A program made the translations under genes and the position numbers. Positions 1 to 12,204 of a stretch of DNA of 64,000 nucleotides are shown here, piece after piece. The notes under the pieces were generated by a model that did no database searches, was not told where the DNA came from, and saw only the letters and a program-made list of their open reading frames with translations. Every line of letters starts with the position of its first letter. The stretch's first letter is position 1. The stretch is from Macrostomum lignano (taxonomy: Eukaryota): assembly GCA_002269645.1 (NCBI GenBank), contig NIVC01003394.1:1-64000 (forward strand). Direction: 5' to 3'.

Positions 1-325
1 TATTACTATTCTGCAACTCGCGTGATGCGCTCGTGACTCAACAGTCTCCTCAGAGTCGCTAGAGTCACTGGTGAGTTGTCTGCAATGACTGCTTAGCGAC
101 TCTTGTCACGGTAAAGTTTTCAACGGTTTGACAGCTTCACTATTTTGCAGTCAAATAATGAAAACACCGATTCGATGCGATGTGTATAAGCGCGCGTCAT
201 ACTTGAAGAATATAAGTGTATTTAGTTGTAACGAACTAAACCAATTATCAGGTATATAATTGAGAACAATCTGCGAGGAGAAAGACAGGCATGTACAGGT
301 AATGCACAATCAACCGCTGTAGCTG

Positions 326-1340
326 TCAAACGGTAACTCCGATGGTCCTCTTCTTGACAATGTAGGCGCAGGTGCTAAAGAAGAAGACAAAAGCCAGGAA
401 GATCAGCACCTTGTCGGTGAAATCCCTGCGCGAGAGTCTGGTGAGCAGACGCTTAGCGGTGCTAATATGCCCCGTCATCGATTTGAGCTCTTCGCCAGTT
501 TCTGTGAGCTGCTCTGACGAGCGCAGCAGCCTATTGGCGGTCTCTGAGCTGGCCTCGACCTGCTCCGCCAGCTGGTTGCTAAGCAACAGCAGCGACTGGG
601 TCACGTGCGAGGCGGCGGCAGCGGCGGTCTCCTCGCGTTGGCGAACGCGGCGTCTGAAATCGACAGATAAATTGTCAGGTTTATGACCCGCTACTGACAG
701 CAATGATCGAAGGATAAAATCGTCAGGTTTATGACCCGCTACTGACAGCAATGACCGATGGACTGTCAGGTTTATGACCCGCTACTGACAGCAATGACCG
801 ATAGATGAATTGTCAGGTTTATGACTCACTATCGACAGCAATGATCGACAGACAAAATTTATGACTAATTCTTGATCAGCATAAAGTTTGGCCTCCGACA
901 CAAAAAAATCTGAAAGTGAACAGAAACATCGGCACGCACCTGGCAACGCCATCATCGCCCTGAACGTCGCCTATGCCTCCGTCGGCGCCATCACTGCGCA
1001 GCAGGTCCACCCGCTCAGCCTCCTGCAAGGCCTGCTTCCGCTGCAGCGCCGTCTCGCGCATCGCCTCCTGGGACGCCTGCAGGCTGCGCTGGCAGTTGCG
1101 CGCCTCGCGTTCAACTCGAGCCCGCTCGGCGTCGCCCTCGACGGCGTCCAGCAGGCCGTCGAGTTGACGTAGCAGCCGGCGAATCTCGCGAAGGCACTCG
1201 CGACCGACAGACTCCAGGCTGGCGAGGTCCCGCTGGCTGCGGCAGGCCTCCGGGCTGCGCAGGTCAGCGATGGCCTCCTTGAGTCGAGCGTCCTGACGGA
1301 CCAGCTCCTCCAGCGTCTGCGACACTCGCGGGTTTCCGTC
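326..1340 (-). CDS. SEC20: Vesicle transport protein SEC20 / BNIP1 (ER t-SNARE); exons 1340..940 and 653..326
   Basis: The C-terminus ELKSMTGHISTAKRLLTRLSRRDFTDKVLIFLAFVFFFSTCAYIVKKR matches the BNIP1/Sec20 SNARE+TM pattern (EFKSM..I..GRKL..KY.RRE.TDKLLIFLA). The GT-AG intron 939..654 has matching phase 2 (GCC AG|GTGCGT ... TTTCAG|A CGC). There is no in-frame ATG; the exon starts at an in-frame AG acceptor at 1341/1342. Confidence 0.88.
668..870. repeat. ~45-49 bp tandem repeat, ~4 copies, in the SEC20 intron
   Basis: Recurring core gtcaggtttatgacccgctactgacagcaatga. Confidence 0.9.
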
Positions 1341-1384
1341 CTGAAGTTCCGGAAGGGCGTGGACTGGCGATTAGCGGTATTAGG

Positions 1385-1862
1385 GTGACCGTGGTCTGAC
1401 GGGTTGCGGTCATGGTGTGACCGTGGACTGACAGGTTGCGGTCATGGTGTGACCGTGGACTGACGGGTTGCGGTCATGGTGTGACCGTGGACTGACGGGT
1501 TGCGGTCATGGTGTGACTGTGGACTGACGGGTTGCGGTCATGATGTGACCGTGGACTGACGGGTTGCGGTCATGGTGTAACTGTGGACTGACGGTTTGCG
1601 GTCATGGTGTGACCGTGGACTGACGGGTTGCGGTCATGTTGTGACGGTGGACTGACGGGTTGCGGTCATGGTGTGACCGTGGACTGACGGGTTGCGGTCA
1701 TGGTGTGACCGTGGACTGACGGGTTGCGGTCATGGTGTGACCGTGGACTGACAGGTTGCGGTCATGGTGTGACCGTGGACTGACGGGTTGCGGTCATGTT
1801 GTGACGGTGGACTGACGGGTTGCGGTCATGGTGTGACCGTGGACTGACGGGTTGCGGTCATC
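1385..1862. repeat. 32-bp minisatellite, ~15 copies
   Basis: Unit ggtgtgaccgtggactgacgggttgcggtcat; period checked at 1411 and 1443. Confidence 0.95.
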
Positions 1863-1949
1863 ATAGATGTTACTGGGTTTGGGCTTAGTAAGGACATAGA
1901 CTACATGGGCTGGATGCATTATAACCATAGAACATTGTCCTAAGAAGAT

Positions 1950-2210
1950 AGTATGACCATAGACTAATGTGTAAGGAGATAATAAGATCATAGACTAAGG
2001 ACCTCAGAAGATAGTATGACCATAGACTAATGTGTAAGGAGATAATAAGATCATAGACTAAGGACCTCAGAAGATATTATGACTAATAGACTAATGTGTA
2101 AGGAGATAATAAGATCATAGACTAATGACCTCAGAAGATATTATGACTAATAGACTAATGACTATGACCATAGACTAAGGACCTAATGAGATATTATGAC
2201 CATAGACTAA
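1950..2210. repeat. ~62-bp degenerate tandem repeat, ~4 copies
   Basis: Recurring catagactaatgtgtaaggagataataagatcatagactaaggacctcagaagat. Confidence 0.8.
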
Positions 2211-2721
2211 TAATAACCTAAAGAGATAATATGATACTTATACTTGTTACCATATAAAAAATAAACAGCTTGCTAAAATGCTACTAATGGAGAAAGAAAC
2301 CCTCAAGTATACACTTAAACAGAGGCATCAAAAAAATAAGAAAAAAGTCGTCATAAGTGTATATTCACACTAAAAAGTAAATCAGTTAGCAGTTAGCACA
2401 CATATAAATAATTATAGAATGATATTTCAGCATGCAGTAAGCGAGAACACAGCAAGTATACATACCGCTATACAATAAATAAATTGCACAACATATTTCG
2501 CTAATATGAAGCAGGATGGCATTTAGTTTCTGTCTTGTAAGGCAGCGTAAAAAGTTGAAATGGTTGGGCCAGGCTAGTGACTTCAGTACCCAGCTGATAA
2601 CCCAAAGTTAAAGAGTTCACTATTAATTATGTGTAATAATAACTACGACACCCCAATTTACTTGGGTTGGTGCAACTGTGATTGTAGAGGGATAAGAGGG
2701 CGATTTTCAAACTTTTGATGC

Positions 2722-3630
2722 ACCATTCTTAAGATTTGATAGGCGATTCTCAAGATTTGATGGGCGATTCTCAAGATTTGATGGGCGATTCTCAAGATTT
2801 GATAGGCGATTCTCAAGAATTGATGGGCGATTCTCAAGATTTGATGGGCGATTCTCAAGATTTGATGGGCGATTCTCAAGAATTGATAAAGGATTCTCAA
2901 GATTTGATGGGCGATTCTCAAGATTTGATGGGCGATTCTCAAGATTTGATGGGCGATTCTCAAGATTTAATGGGCGATTCTCAAGAATTGATAAAGGATT
3001 CTCAAGATTTGATAGGCGATTCTCAAGATTTGATGGGCGATTCTCAAGATTTGATGGGCGATTCTCAAGATTTGATGGGCGATTCTCAAGATTTGATGGG
3101 CGATTCTCAAGATTTAATGGGCGATTCTCAAGAATTGATAAAGGATTCTCAAGATTTGATAGGCGATTCTCAAGATTTGATGGGCGATTCTCAAGATTTG
3201 ATGGGCGATTCTCAAGATTTGATGGGCGATTCTCAAGATTTGATGGGCGATTCTCAAGATTTGATGGGCGATTCTCAAGATTTGATGGGCGATTCTCAAG
3301 ATTTGATGGGCGATTCTCAAGAATTGATAAAGGATTCTCAAGATTTGATGGGCGATTCTCAAGATTTGATGGGCGATTCTCAAGATTTGATGGGCGATTC
3401 TCAAGATTTGATAAAGGATTCTCAAGATTTGATAGGCGATTCTCAAGATTTGATGGGCGATTCTCAAGATTCGTTAAGCGATTCTCAAGATTCGTTAAGC
3501 GATTCTCAAGATTCGTTAAGCAATTCTAAGATTTAATGGCGATTCTCAAGATTTGATGGGCGATTCTCAAGATTTGATGGGCGATTCTCATGACCTGATG
3601 GGCGATTCTCAAGACCTGATAGACGATTTT
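2722..3630. repeat. 21-bp minisatellite, ~40 copies
   Basis: Unit gatttgatgggcgattctcaa; source of the spurious (GDSQDLM)n and (RIAHQIL)n ORFs. Confidence 0.95.
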
Positions 3631-3818
3631 CAAAGATTGTCATTTCAATCGATTATTTGAAATTGATTGAAATGACTATTGAAAAATCTAGGACCAATCT
3701 AAATATAGAGAGACAAAAACATTTAATAGTAAAAGGCAGTCTTCTCAACCTGCTTACTAACATATGATGAGTAAAATAACGGAAACACCTGAATGGGCCA
3801 GCCCCAGATGATCAGAGT

Positions 3819-6800
3819 TTAAACCCCGCCGCAGTCCAGCCGCTTGCCAACGGCGCGCACCCGGAAGCCGATCCGCAGCAGGGCCTCGTGGTCCAGCACG
3901 TTGCGCCCGTCGAACACGAATGCCGGCTTTGCCATGCTGGCAAAGATGCGGCCAAAGTCCAGCTGGGAGAATTCCGACCATTCGGTGCAGATGACAACAG
4001 CGTGAGCGCCCTCGGCAGCTGAGTAGGCGTCTGAGCACACTGTTAGCACAGCTGCATCGGATGCCTCATCCGGCTCGGGCTGGTTCAGGTCTAATCGAAT
4101 CTGGGAGCTCGCCACCTTTGAATAGATTGCGGGGGGGGCTCATGGAGGAGAGCAGATTGTGGGGGGGGGTCTTGGAGGGGAGCTGATTGTGGTGTGGGGG
4201 GCGGGTCATGGAGGAGAGCAGATTGTTGAGGGTTCATGGAGGGGAGCAGATTGTTGAGGGTTCATGGAGGGGAGCAGATTGTTGAGGGTTCATGGAGGGG
4301 AGCAGATTGTTGAGGGTTCATGGAGGGGAGCAGATTGTGGAGGCGGGTCATGGAGGGGAGCAGATTGTGGGGGGGGCGGGTCATGGATGGGAGCAGATTG
4401 TTGAGGGGTCATGGATGGGAGCAGATTGTTGAGGGGTCATGGATGGGAGCAGATTGTTGAGGGGTCATGGATGGGAGCAGATTTTTGAGGGGTCATGGAG
4501 GGGAGCAGATTGTGGGGGCGGGTCATGGAGGGGAGCAGATTGTGGGGGGGGCGGTCATGGAGGGGAGCAGATTTTTGAGGGGTCATGGATGGGAGCAGAT
4601 TGTTGAGGGGTCATGGATGGGAGCAGATTGTTGAGGGGTCATGGATGGGAGCAGATTGTTGAGGGGTCATGGATGGGAGCAGATTTTTGAGGGGTCATGG
4701 AGGGGAGCAGATTGTGGGGGGCGGGTCATGGAGGGGAGCAGATTGTGGGGGGGGGCGGGTCATGGAGGGGAGCAGATTTTTGAGGGGTCATGGATGGGAG
4801 CAGATTGTTGAGGGGTCATGGATGGGAGCAGATTGTTGAGGGGTCATGGATGGGAGCAGATTTTTGAGGGGTCATGGAGGGGAGCAGATTGTGGGGAGGG
4901 GGTGGGTTTCGGATGGGAGCCGATTGTCGGTGGGATAGTAAAAGGAAGTGGATTGATGGGGGCGGATCCTAGAGATGGAAGGGGTCGAGAGGACAATAGA
5001 AAAGTCAGCACCTAGATCAACAGCGATCCACGCCAACAAACCTTGGGATCGTAGACCCTGAGCAGGGCGCCCTCATCAATCAGCCTCCTGCAGACGTCAA
5101 TAGCAGGAGATTCCCTGGTATCGCCGGTGTCCTTCTTGAATGCGAAGCCAAGCACGGCGATCCTCTTGCCTTTTACCGTGTTGAACAGGTCGACAATAAT
5201 CTTGTCGGCGAATCGGTACTTCTGGTACTGGTTGAGCGTCACCACGGATTCCCAGTACCTGGCCACCTCCGGCAGGTTGAGGCACTCGCACAGGTACACC
5301 AAGTTGAGCACGTCTTTTTGAAAGCAGCTGCCGCCGAAGCCCAGACTGGCGCAGAGGAACCTCGGCCCGATACGCGAGTCCGCGCCAACCGCTTGGGCCA
5401 CCTCGGACACGTCGGCTCCCGTGGCCTCGCAGATTGCAGAGGCCGCATTGATGCTGCTGATGCGCTGGGCCAGCATGGCGTTGGCAACCAGCTTGGACAG
5501 CTCGGAGCTCCACAGGTTCATTGTTACCAGGCGCTCTTTAGGTACCCAGCGAGCGTACACCTGGGTGGACAGTAGCACACGAAACAGCATACAGTGTCCC
5601 TCAATGGTGGATGACAGTAGCACACGAAACAGCATACAGTGTCCCTCAATGGTGGATGACAGTAGCACACGAAACTCCATACAGTGTCCCTCAATGGTGG
5701 ATGACAGTAACACACGAAACTGCATACAGTGTCCCTCAATGGTGGATGACAGTAACACACGAAACTGCATACAGTGTCCCTCAATGGTGGATGACAGTAG
5801 CACACGAAACTGCATACAGTGTCCCTCAATGGTGGATGACAGTAGCACACGAAACTGCATACAGTGTCCCTCAATGGTGGATGACAGTAGCACACGAAAC
5901 AGCATACAGTGTCCCTCAATGGTGGATGACAGTAGCACACGAAACAGCATACAGTGTCCCTCAATGGTGGATGACAGTAGCACACGAAACAGCATACAGT
6001 GTCCCTCAATGGTGGATGACAGTAGCACACGAAACAGCATACAGTGTCCCTCAATGGTGGATGACAGTAGCACACGAAACTGCATACAGTGTCCCTCAAT
6101 GGTGGATGACAGTAGCACACGAAACTGCATACAGTGTCCCTCAATGGTGGATGACAGTAACACACGAAACTGCATACAGTGTCCCTCAATGGTGGATGAC
6201 AGTAGCACACGAAACTGCATACAGTGTCCCTCAATAGTGGACAGTTAGCACATGAAACTGCATACAATGTTCCTCAATAGTGGACAGTAGCACACGAAAC
6301 TGCATACAATGTTCCTCAATAGTGGACAGTTAGCACATGAAACTGCATACAATGTTCCTCAATAGTGGACAGTAGCACACGAAACTGCATACAATGTTCC
6401 TCAATAGTGGACAGTTAGCACATGAAACTGTGAAAATAACTTTATAGACGACTCCATTCTTATTTATAAAGACTATTTCTTACCGAGACAAGCCTCTGCA
6501 CCGCTTCTTGACCTTTATCTGTTCTCTCGCCGCCAATCAGAACCCGATCAGGCCTGAGCAGATCCTGCACAGCGGAGCCCTCGGCCAGGAACTCAGGATT
6601 GGACAGCACAGTGTGACGAACGCCTGGCCGTTCGTTGGCTCGCAGGATTGTGCAGATGCTCTCGGCAGCTCGAACTGGCACGGTGCTTTTCTCAACTACA
6701 ATCTTGGGCTGGCTGGCCGTGCGAACAATGTGCCTGCGGACCGGCGAGGGGGTGGATGAGAAGCTGATGATTTTGAGTAGCTATGTTTTGAGAACTAACA

Positions 6801-8432
6801 CAATCTCAGGAAATAGATTAGGGCAAAGCACAATTCTAAGAAATAGATTAGGGTAAAAGCAGGATTCCAGGAAATAAATTCGAGTGAAAGCAGGATTCCA
6901 GGAAATATATTAGGGTGAAAGCAGGATTCCAGGAAATAGATATGGGTGAAAGCAGGTTTCCAGGAAATATATTAGGGTGGAAGAAGAATTCCAGGAAATA
7001 GATTAGGGTGAAACGAGATTCTAGGAAACAAATTTGGGTGAAGCGCGATTCCAGGAAATACGACATCGTAGATTAGGATGAAACGGGATTCTAGGAAATA
7101 GATAAGGATGAAACGAGATTCTAGGAAATAGATAAGGGTGAAACGGGATTCTAGGAAATAGATAAGGGTGAAACGGGATTCCGGGAAATAGACAAGGGTG
7201 AAACGGGGTTCTAGGAAATAGATAAGGGTGAAAGCAGGATTCCAGGAAATAGTTTAGGGTGAGAGCAGGATTCCAGGAAATAGTTTAGGGTGAGAGCAGG
7301 ATTCCAGGAAATAGATTAGGGTAAAGCGAGATTCTAGGAAATACGAGATCGTAGATAGGGTGAAACGGGATTCCGGGAAATAGACAAGGGTGAAACGGGA
7401 TTCCGGGAAATAGACAAGGGTGAAACGGGATTCTAGGAAATAGATAAGGGTGAAAGCAGGATTCCAGGAAAGAGTTTAGGGTGAGAGCAGGATTCCAGGA
7501 AATAGTTTAGGGTGAGAGCAGGATTCCAGGAAATAGATTAGGGTAAAGCGAGATTCTAGGAAATACGAGATCGTAGATAGGGTGAAACGGGATTCCGGGA
7601 AATAGACAAGGGTGAAACGGGATTCCGGGAAATAGACAAGGGTGAAACGGGATTCTAGGAAATAGATAAGGGTGAAATGGGATTCTAGGAAATAGATAAG
7701 GGTGAAACGGGATTCCGGGAAATAGACAAGGGTGAAACGGGGTTCTAGGAAATAGATAAGGGTGAAACGGGATTCTAGGAAATAGATAAGGGTGAAACGG
7801 GATTCTAGGAAATAGATAAGGGTGAAACGGGATTCTAGGAAATAGATAAGGGTGAAACGGGATTCTAGGAAATAGATAAGGGTGAAACGGGATTCTAGGA
7901 AATAGATAAGGGTGAAACAGGATTCTAGGAAATAGATAAGGGTGAAACGGGATTCTGGAACTCTTAGAAAGTCTTCAGTTAATCAGAACTATGAAAGATA
8001 ATTTCGTGAAAGCAAAGCCAACTAATCAAAGGCACACCTGGCCGCAGCCTCAAGCGTGGTCAAGTCGGCCGCCTTGCCCTGGCCCAGTCCATAGGCTTTG
8101 GTGGGGGTGTTGACGCAGATGAACACGAGATCGGCGCCCTCCAGCGGGCCAATCATGTCGCAGCTGAAGTGCAAATTGACGCCCCTGGTCTGGCTAATCA
8201 GTTCGGACAAGCCTGGCTCGTACAGCGGGTGCCTGTCCGAGTTCCAGGCGGCCACTTTAGCGGCCGAGATGTCCACCACGGTGACGTCAATGTCCGGGCA
8301 CTTGCTAGCGATCACTGCGCTGGACGGCACGCCGACATAGCCAGCGCCGATGCAGCAGATGCGCCGGATTGGCTGATGCGGGGGCCGCGTGGCCTGCGCG
8401 TCACCTGACGTTGACATGCCGGCCGCCCGCAT
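3819..8432 (-). CDS. UGDH: UDP-glucose 6-dehydrogenase; exons 8432..8038, 6733..6484, 5560..5042, 4115..3819
   Basis: Motifs [10 protein letters not shown] (Rossmann), [45 protein letters not shown] (catalytic Cys), [25 protein letters not shown]. Three GT-AG introns with matching phases (2, 0, 0). Confidence 0.97.
4130..4910. repeat. ~27-29 bp G-rich minisatellite in UGDH intron 3
   Basis: Unit gtcatgga(g/t)gggagcagattgttgaggg. Confidence 0.92.
5563..6428. repeat. 45-bp minisatellite in UGDH intron 2, abutting the 3' splice site
   Basis: Unit gtggatgacagtagcacacgaaactgcatacagtgtccctcaatg; accounts for the repetitive N-terminal part of ORF 5012..6220. Confidence 0.95.
6805..7958. repeat. 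~30-31 bp minisatellite in UGDH intron 1
   Basis: Unit gggtgaaacgggattctaggaaatagataa with variants ttccaggaa and ttccgggaa. Confidence 0.93.
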
Positions 8433-8453
8433 TGGATTAACGCGCTGGCTGGA

Positions 8454-9312
8454 TTAGCAATCCATACTATTCATTATGCTGGCTATACTAGCAATCCATA
8501 CTATTCATTATGCTGGCTATACTAGCAATCCATACTATTCATTATGCTGGCTATACTAGCAATCCATACTATTCATTATGCTGGCTATACTAGCAATCCA
8601 TACTATTCATTATGCTGGCTATACTAGCAATCCATACTATTCATTATGCTGGCTATACTAGCAATCCATACTATTCATTATGCTGGCTATACTAGCAATC
8701 CATTCTATTCCTTATGCTGACTATACTAGCAATCCATACTATTCATTATGCTGGCTATACTAGCAATCCATTCTATTCATTATGCTGACTATACTAGCAA
8801 TCCATACTATTCATTATGCTGGCTATACTAGCAATCCATACTATTCCTTATGCTGGCTATACTAGCAATCCATACTATTCATTATGCTGCCTATACTAGC
8901 AATCCATTCTATTCATTATGCTGACTATACTAGCAATCCATTCTAATCATTATGCAGGCAATACGAGCAATCCATTCTTTTCATTATGCTGGCTATACTA
9001 GCAATCCATTCTATTCATTATGCAGGCAATACTAGCAATCCATTCTATTCCTTATGCTGGCTATACTAGCAATCCATTCTATTCATTATGCTGACTATAC
9101 TAGCAATCCATTCTATTCCTTGTACTGGCTATACTAGCAATCCATTCTATTCCTTATGCTGGCTATACTAGCAATCCATACTATTCATTATGCTGGCTAT
9201 ACTAGCAATCCATTCTATTCCTTATACTGGCTATACTAGCAATCCATTCTATTCCTTGTACTGGCTATACTAGCAATCCATTCTATTCCTTGTACTGGCT
9301 ATACTAGCAATC
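8454..9312. repeat. 34-bp minisatellite, ~25 copies, starting 22 bp upstream of the UGDH ATG
   Basis: Unit tactagcaatccatactattcattatgctggcta. Confidence 0.95.
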
Positions 9313-9983
9313 CACTTTAACAACTACACTCAGGCTAATTTACCATTTAATTCTGTATTTCACAGAGCCACTAGCATCAGAATTTAGAATTTTAAATACG
9401 AATAACAATTATTAAATAAAACAAAAAACTACATAAGTCTATAGAAATTACAAGTTGAAAATCCATTACAAAATTATTATTAAAGGGAAAATTTTGAGCA
9501 AATTGGGTTTCAAAAAAGGAAAAGCAGAGACGTATACTTAATTATTTGGCGCAAAAGTAAGCAAAAACGTATAGCAAAAATATGGGTGCTATATATACCA
9601 CTGACAACCTTGAAATAGTAGTAAAAAGGACAACAGCTCTAACTGTGCATGAATTCTAATAGTAAGCATCAGGAAAAAATCAGAACTTACAGTGAAAAAA
9701 CAATAGACTAATTGTAAAACTACTGCCTACTATAAGTAGTGAGCTGGTGGCGATGAGCATACAACTCGCAGATGCAGTAAAACCAATTCGTTAAAAATAT
9801 AAAACTGATCGTCGATCTTGTGTTGTTATGAATTACATTAAAGCCATCCAATTAAATGTACAAATGACTTATGGAAAATTACAAACTACAATTGATTGAT
9901 TCACAAAATACTTATAAAGTACTCTCGAATGAAACTCAAAACTCAAAGGGAGAGACTCAAAAATAAACTCTTTTGGTTTGGCA

Positions 9984-10143
9984 ACTGTCTGTCTGTCTGT
10001 CTGTCTCTGTGTCTGTGTGTCTGTCTGTGTGTCTGTCTGTCTGTGTGTCTGTCTGTCTGTCTGTCTGTGTGTCTGTCTGTCTGTCTGTCTGTGTGTCTGT
10101 CTGTCTGTCTGTGTGTCTGTCTGTCTGTCTGCCTGCCTCTGTG

Positions 10144-10200
<57 letters not shown>

Positions 10201-10240
10201 GCCTGCCTCTGTGTGTCTGTGTCTGTCTGTCTGTCTGTCA
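9984..10240. repeat. (CTGT)n microsatellite with (GT) interruptions
   Basis: Directly visible; source of the (VCLS)n ORFs. Confidence 0.95.
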
Positions 10241-10408
10241 GTCTGTATTGCTTCTGTTAATGTGTCTGTATTGTCTGTATTAATGTCTGTCCGTCTGTCA
10301 AAAGTCAGTCAGCTGAGAGAGTGGACAGAGACAGCACGGGTCTGGAATTGGAGGGGTGCATTCCGACTCACTGAATCTCGAGTCAGCAAATTGGGATTCA
10401 GCTGTAAC

Positions 10409-10821
10409 CACAGATTCTAGAACAACTAGATGGGCCACTCAGGCACATATACTTAGTAAAACAGCTCTCTACTTTCAGTTCAGTAGCAAAGAAGAATACA
10501 TAAGCTATTATATAAAAACGCGGCTTAAATGACTTTGATAAGTTTAGAAGCCAAGCTTGCAGGCGTAAACAACTAGCTAATTGGTTCAGCCATAATGTAC
10601 ATTAGCCAGTCCACTGAAATGTACATGGCAGCTGTAGGCTGGAATTCCGAGAACGGCAATAAAAATTGGAGCGGGGGGTAGTTAAGCTGGGGGTAAGAGC
10701 CAGTAAAATTAGCTTGTCTTGAAAAATACATTAAAATGTTTCAGTTTAACTAACTACTGAACTGAAAGTAGCTTACACGCAAATGTGCTGAGTGACCCAT
10801 CTAGTTATTCTAGTATCTGTG
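10409..10821. mobile_element. MITE family B copy 1 (TIR CACAGAT.CTAGAA.AACTAGATGG, 8-bp TSD; P or hAT superfamily)
   Basis: TIRs cacagattctagaacaactagatgggccactcag ... ctgagtgacccatctagttattctagtatctgtg; perfect TSD gctgtaac at 10401-10408 and 10822-10829. Confidence 0.88.
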
Positions 10822-10842
10822 GCTGTAACAGACAGAGTCGGT

Positions 10843-12204
10843 TCAAGACGAAGAGCAACAGTTAGAAAGCGACCGCCGGTTGCCACCCAGTGACAACCTG
10901 TGACCAGTCAGGCGGTCATTGTCAGCTGCAAGTGCCGGCGGTGACAAGCGAATCCTTTTAAGCAGCTCCTCGGCCACAGTGTGGAACAGGCGGTCAACAT
11001 TGCAGTTGTCTTTAGCGGAGGTCTCCAGGTGGGCCAGCATTGCTAGCCTGTTGGCAAATTCGCGGCCTTCAATAGCTGACACCTGGCGCTGAGACTCCAG
11101 ATCGCACTTGCAGCCAATGAGCAGGTGAATGGCTTGAGAACCAGCGTACCGATTCAGGTCCTCTACCCAGTGGTGCAGAGAGTCGAATGTCTCCTGTGAT
11201 TTGGATATTGTGTCATTTATTATACAGTAGTCTTACCACATCGAAACCGTAGGATTCTGAATGACTCAAATCCTTGGAAGATGATTCTGAATGACTCAAA
11301 TCCTTGGAAGATGATTCTGAATGACTCAAATCCTTGGAAGATGATTCTGAATGACTCAAATCCTTGGAAGATGATTCTGAATGACTCAAATCCTTGGAAG
11401 ATGATTCTGAATGACTCAAATCCTTGGAAGATGATTCTGAATGACTCAAATCCTTGGAAAAATGATTCGGAATGACTAAAATCTTTGGAAACTGATACTG
11501 AATGACTCAAATCCTTGGAAGCTGATTCTGAATGAATTAAATCCTTGGAAAAATGATTCGGAATGACTAAAATCTTTGGAAACTGATACTGAATGACTCA
11601 AATCCTTTAAAATGATTTTGTATGACTCAAAACTTAGCATTTGATTTTGAAAACTATTTTGAGTGACTCAAACCCTTGGAAGATAATTCTGAATAACTAA
11701 AATTCATAAATTTAAGTGCCTATAAGTCAAACTCGTTGAACCACAAAAAGAAGGTAACTTTCAATGACTAAACTCTGTCGGAAAAAGATTATGACATTAC
11801 TCAAATTTTTAGTAGATCACTCTGAGTAGTTCAACAAGTTGGAAGGTGATTCTGAATTGCTAATAAAGTTCCAGGTTACTAACTTTCAGGAAGATTATAT
11901 ATTATAAGTAATCACTGACCCGCCTAGTAATATCGTAGGCTATGATAGCAGCGCTGGCCGATCGATAATAGGACTGAGTGATCGTTCGAAACCTTTCCTG
12001 ACCGGCCGTGTCCCAGATCTGCAGCTTGACGCGAACTCCATCAATCAGCAGAGTCTTCATAGCGAAGTCCACCCCAATTGTGTTGGCCTGGGTCTCGCAA
12101 TAGTTGCCAGTTTTGAAGCACTGGACAATGCAGGATTTGCCAACGCTGGTGTCGCCAACAATGACCAGCTTGAACTGATAGTCGAACTGGTCATCTGGCT
12201 GCAT
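10843..12204 (-). CDS. RAB43: Rab43/Rab19-like small GTPase; exons 12204..11920 and 11193..10843
   Basis: [14 protein letters not shown] (G1), [29 protein letters not shown] (Rab30/43/19 group), HLETSAKD (G5), C-terminal CC..; phase-0 GT-AG intron (CGG|GTCAGT ... CACAG|GAG ACA TTC). Confidence 0.88.
11250..11700. repeat. 30-bp minisatellite in the Rab intron
   Basis: Unit gattctgaatgactcaaatccttggaagat, degenerating to the right. Confidence 0.92.

Noticed and set aside
2658-3536. ORFs (GDSQDLM)n and (RIAHQIL)n
   Set aside because: Translations of a 21-bp (3n) minisatellite; no splice or homology support.
5524-6267. Cys-rich repetitive ORFs and the repetitive N-terminus of ORF 5012..6220
   Set aside because: The 45-bp array lies in UGDH intron 2; the real exon starts at the AG acceptor before 5560.
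5563-6428. CRISPR-like appearance of regularly spaced repeats (also 29880..30582)
   Set aside because: Units are contiguous with no unique spacers, no cas genes, and the context is eukaryotic.
9896-10420. (VCLS)n ORFs, also at 63550..63979
   Set aside because: Microsatellite translations.
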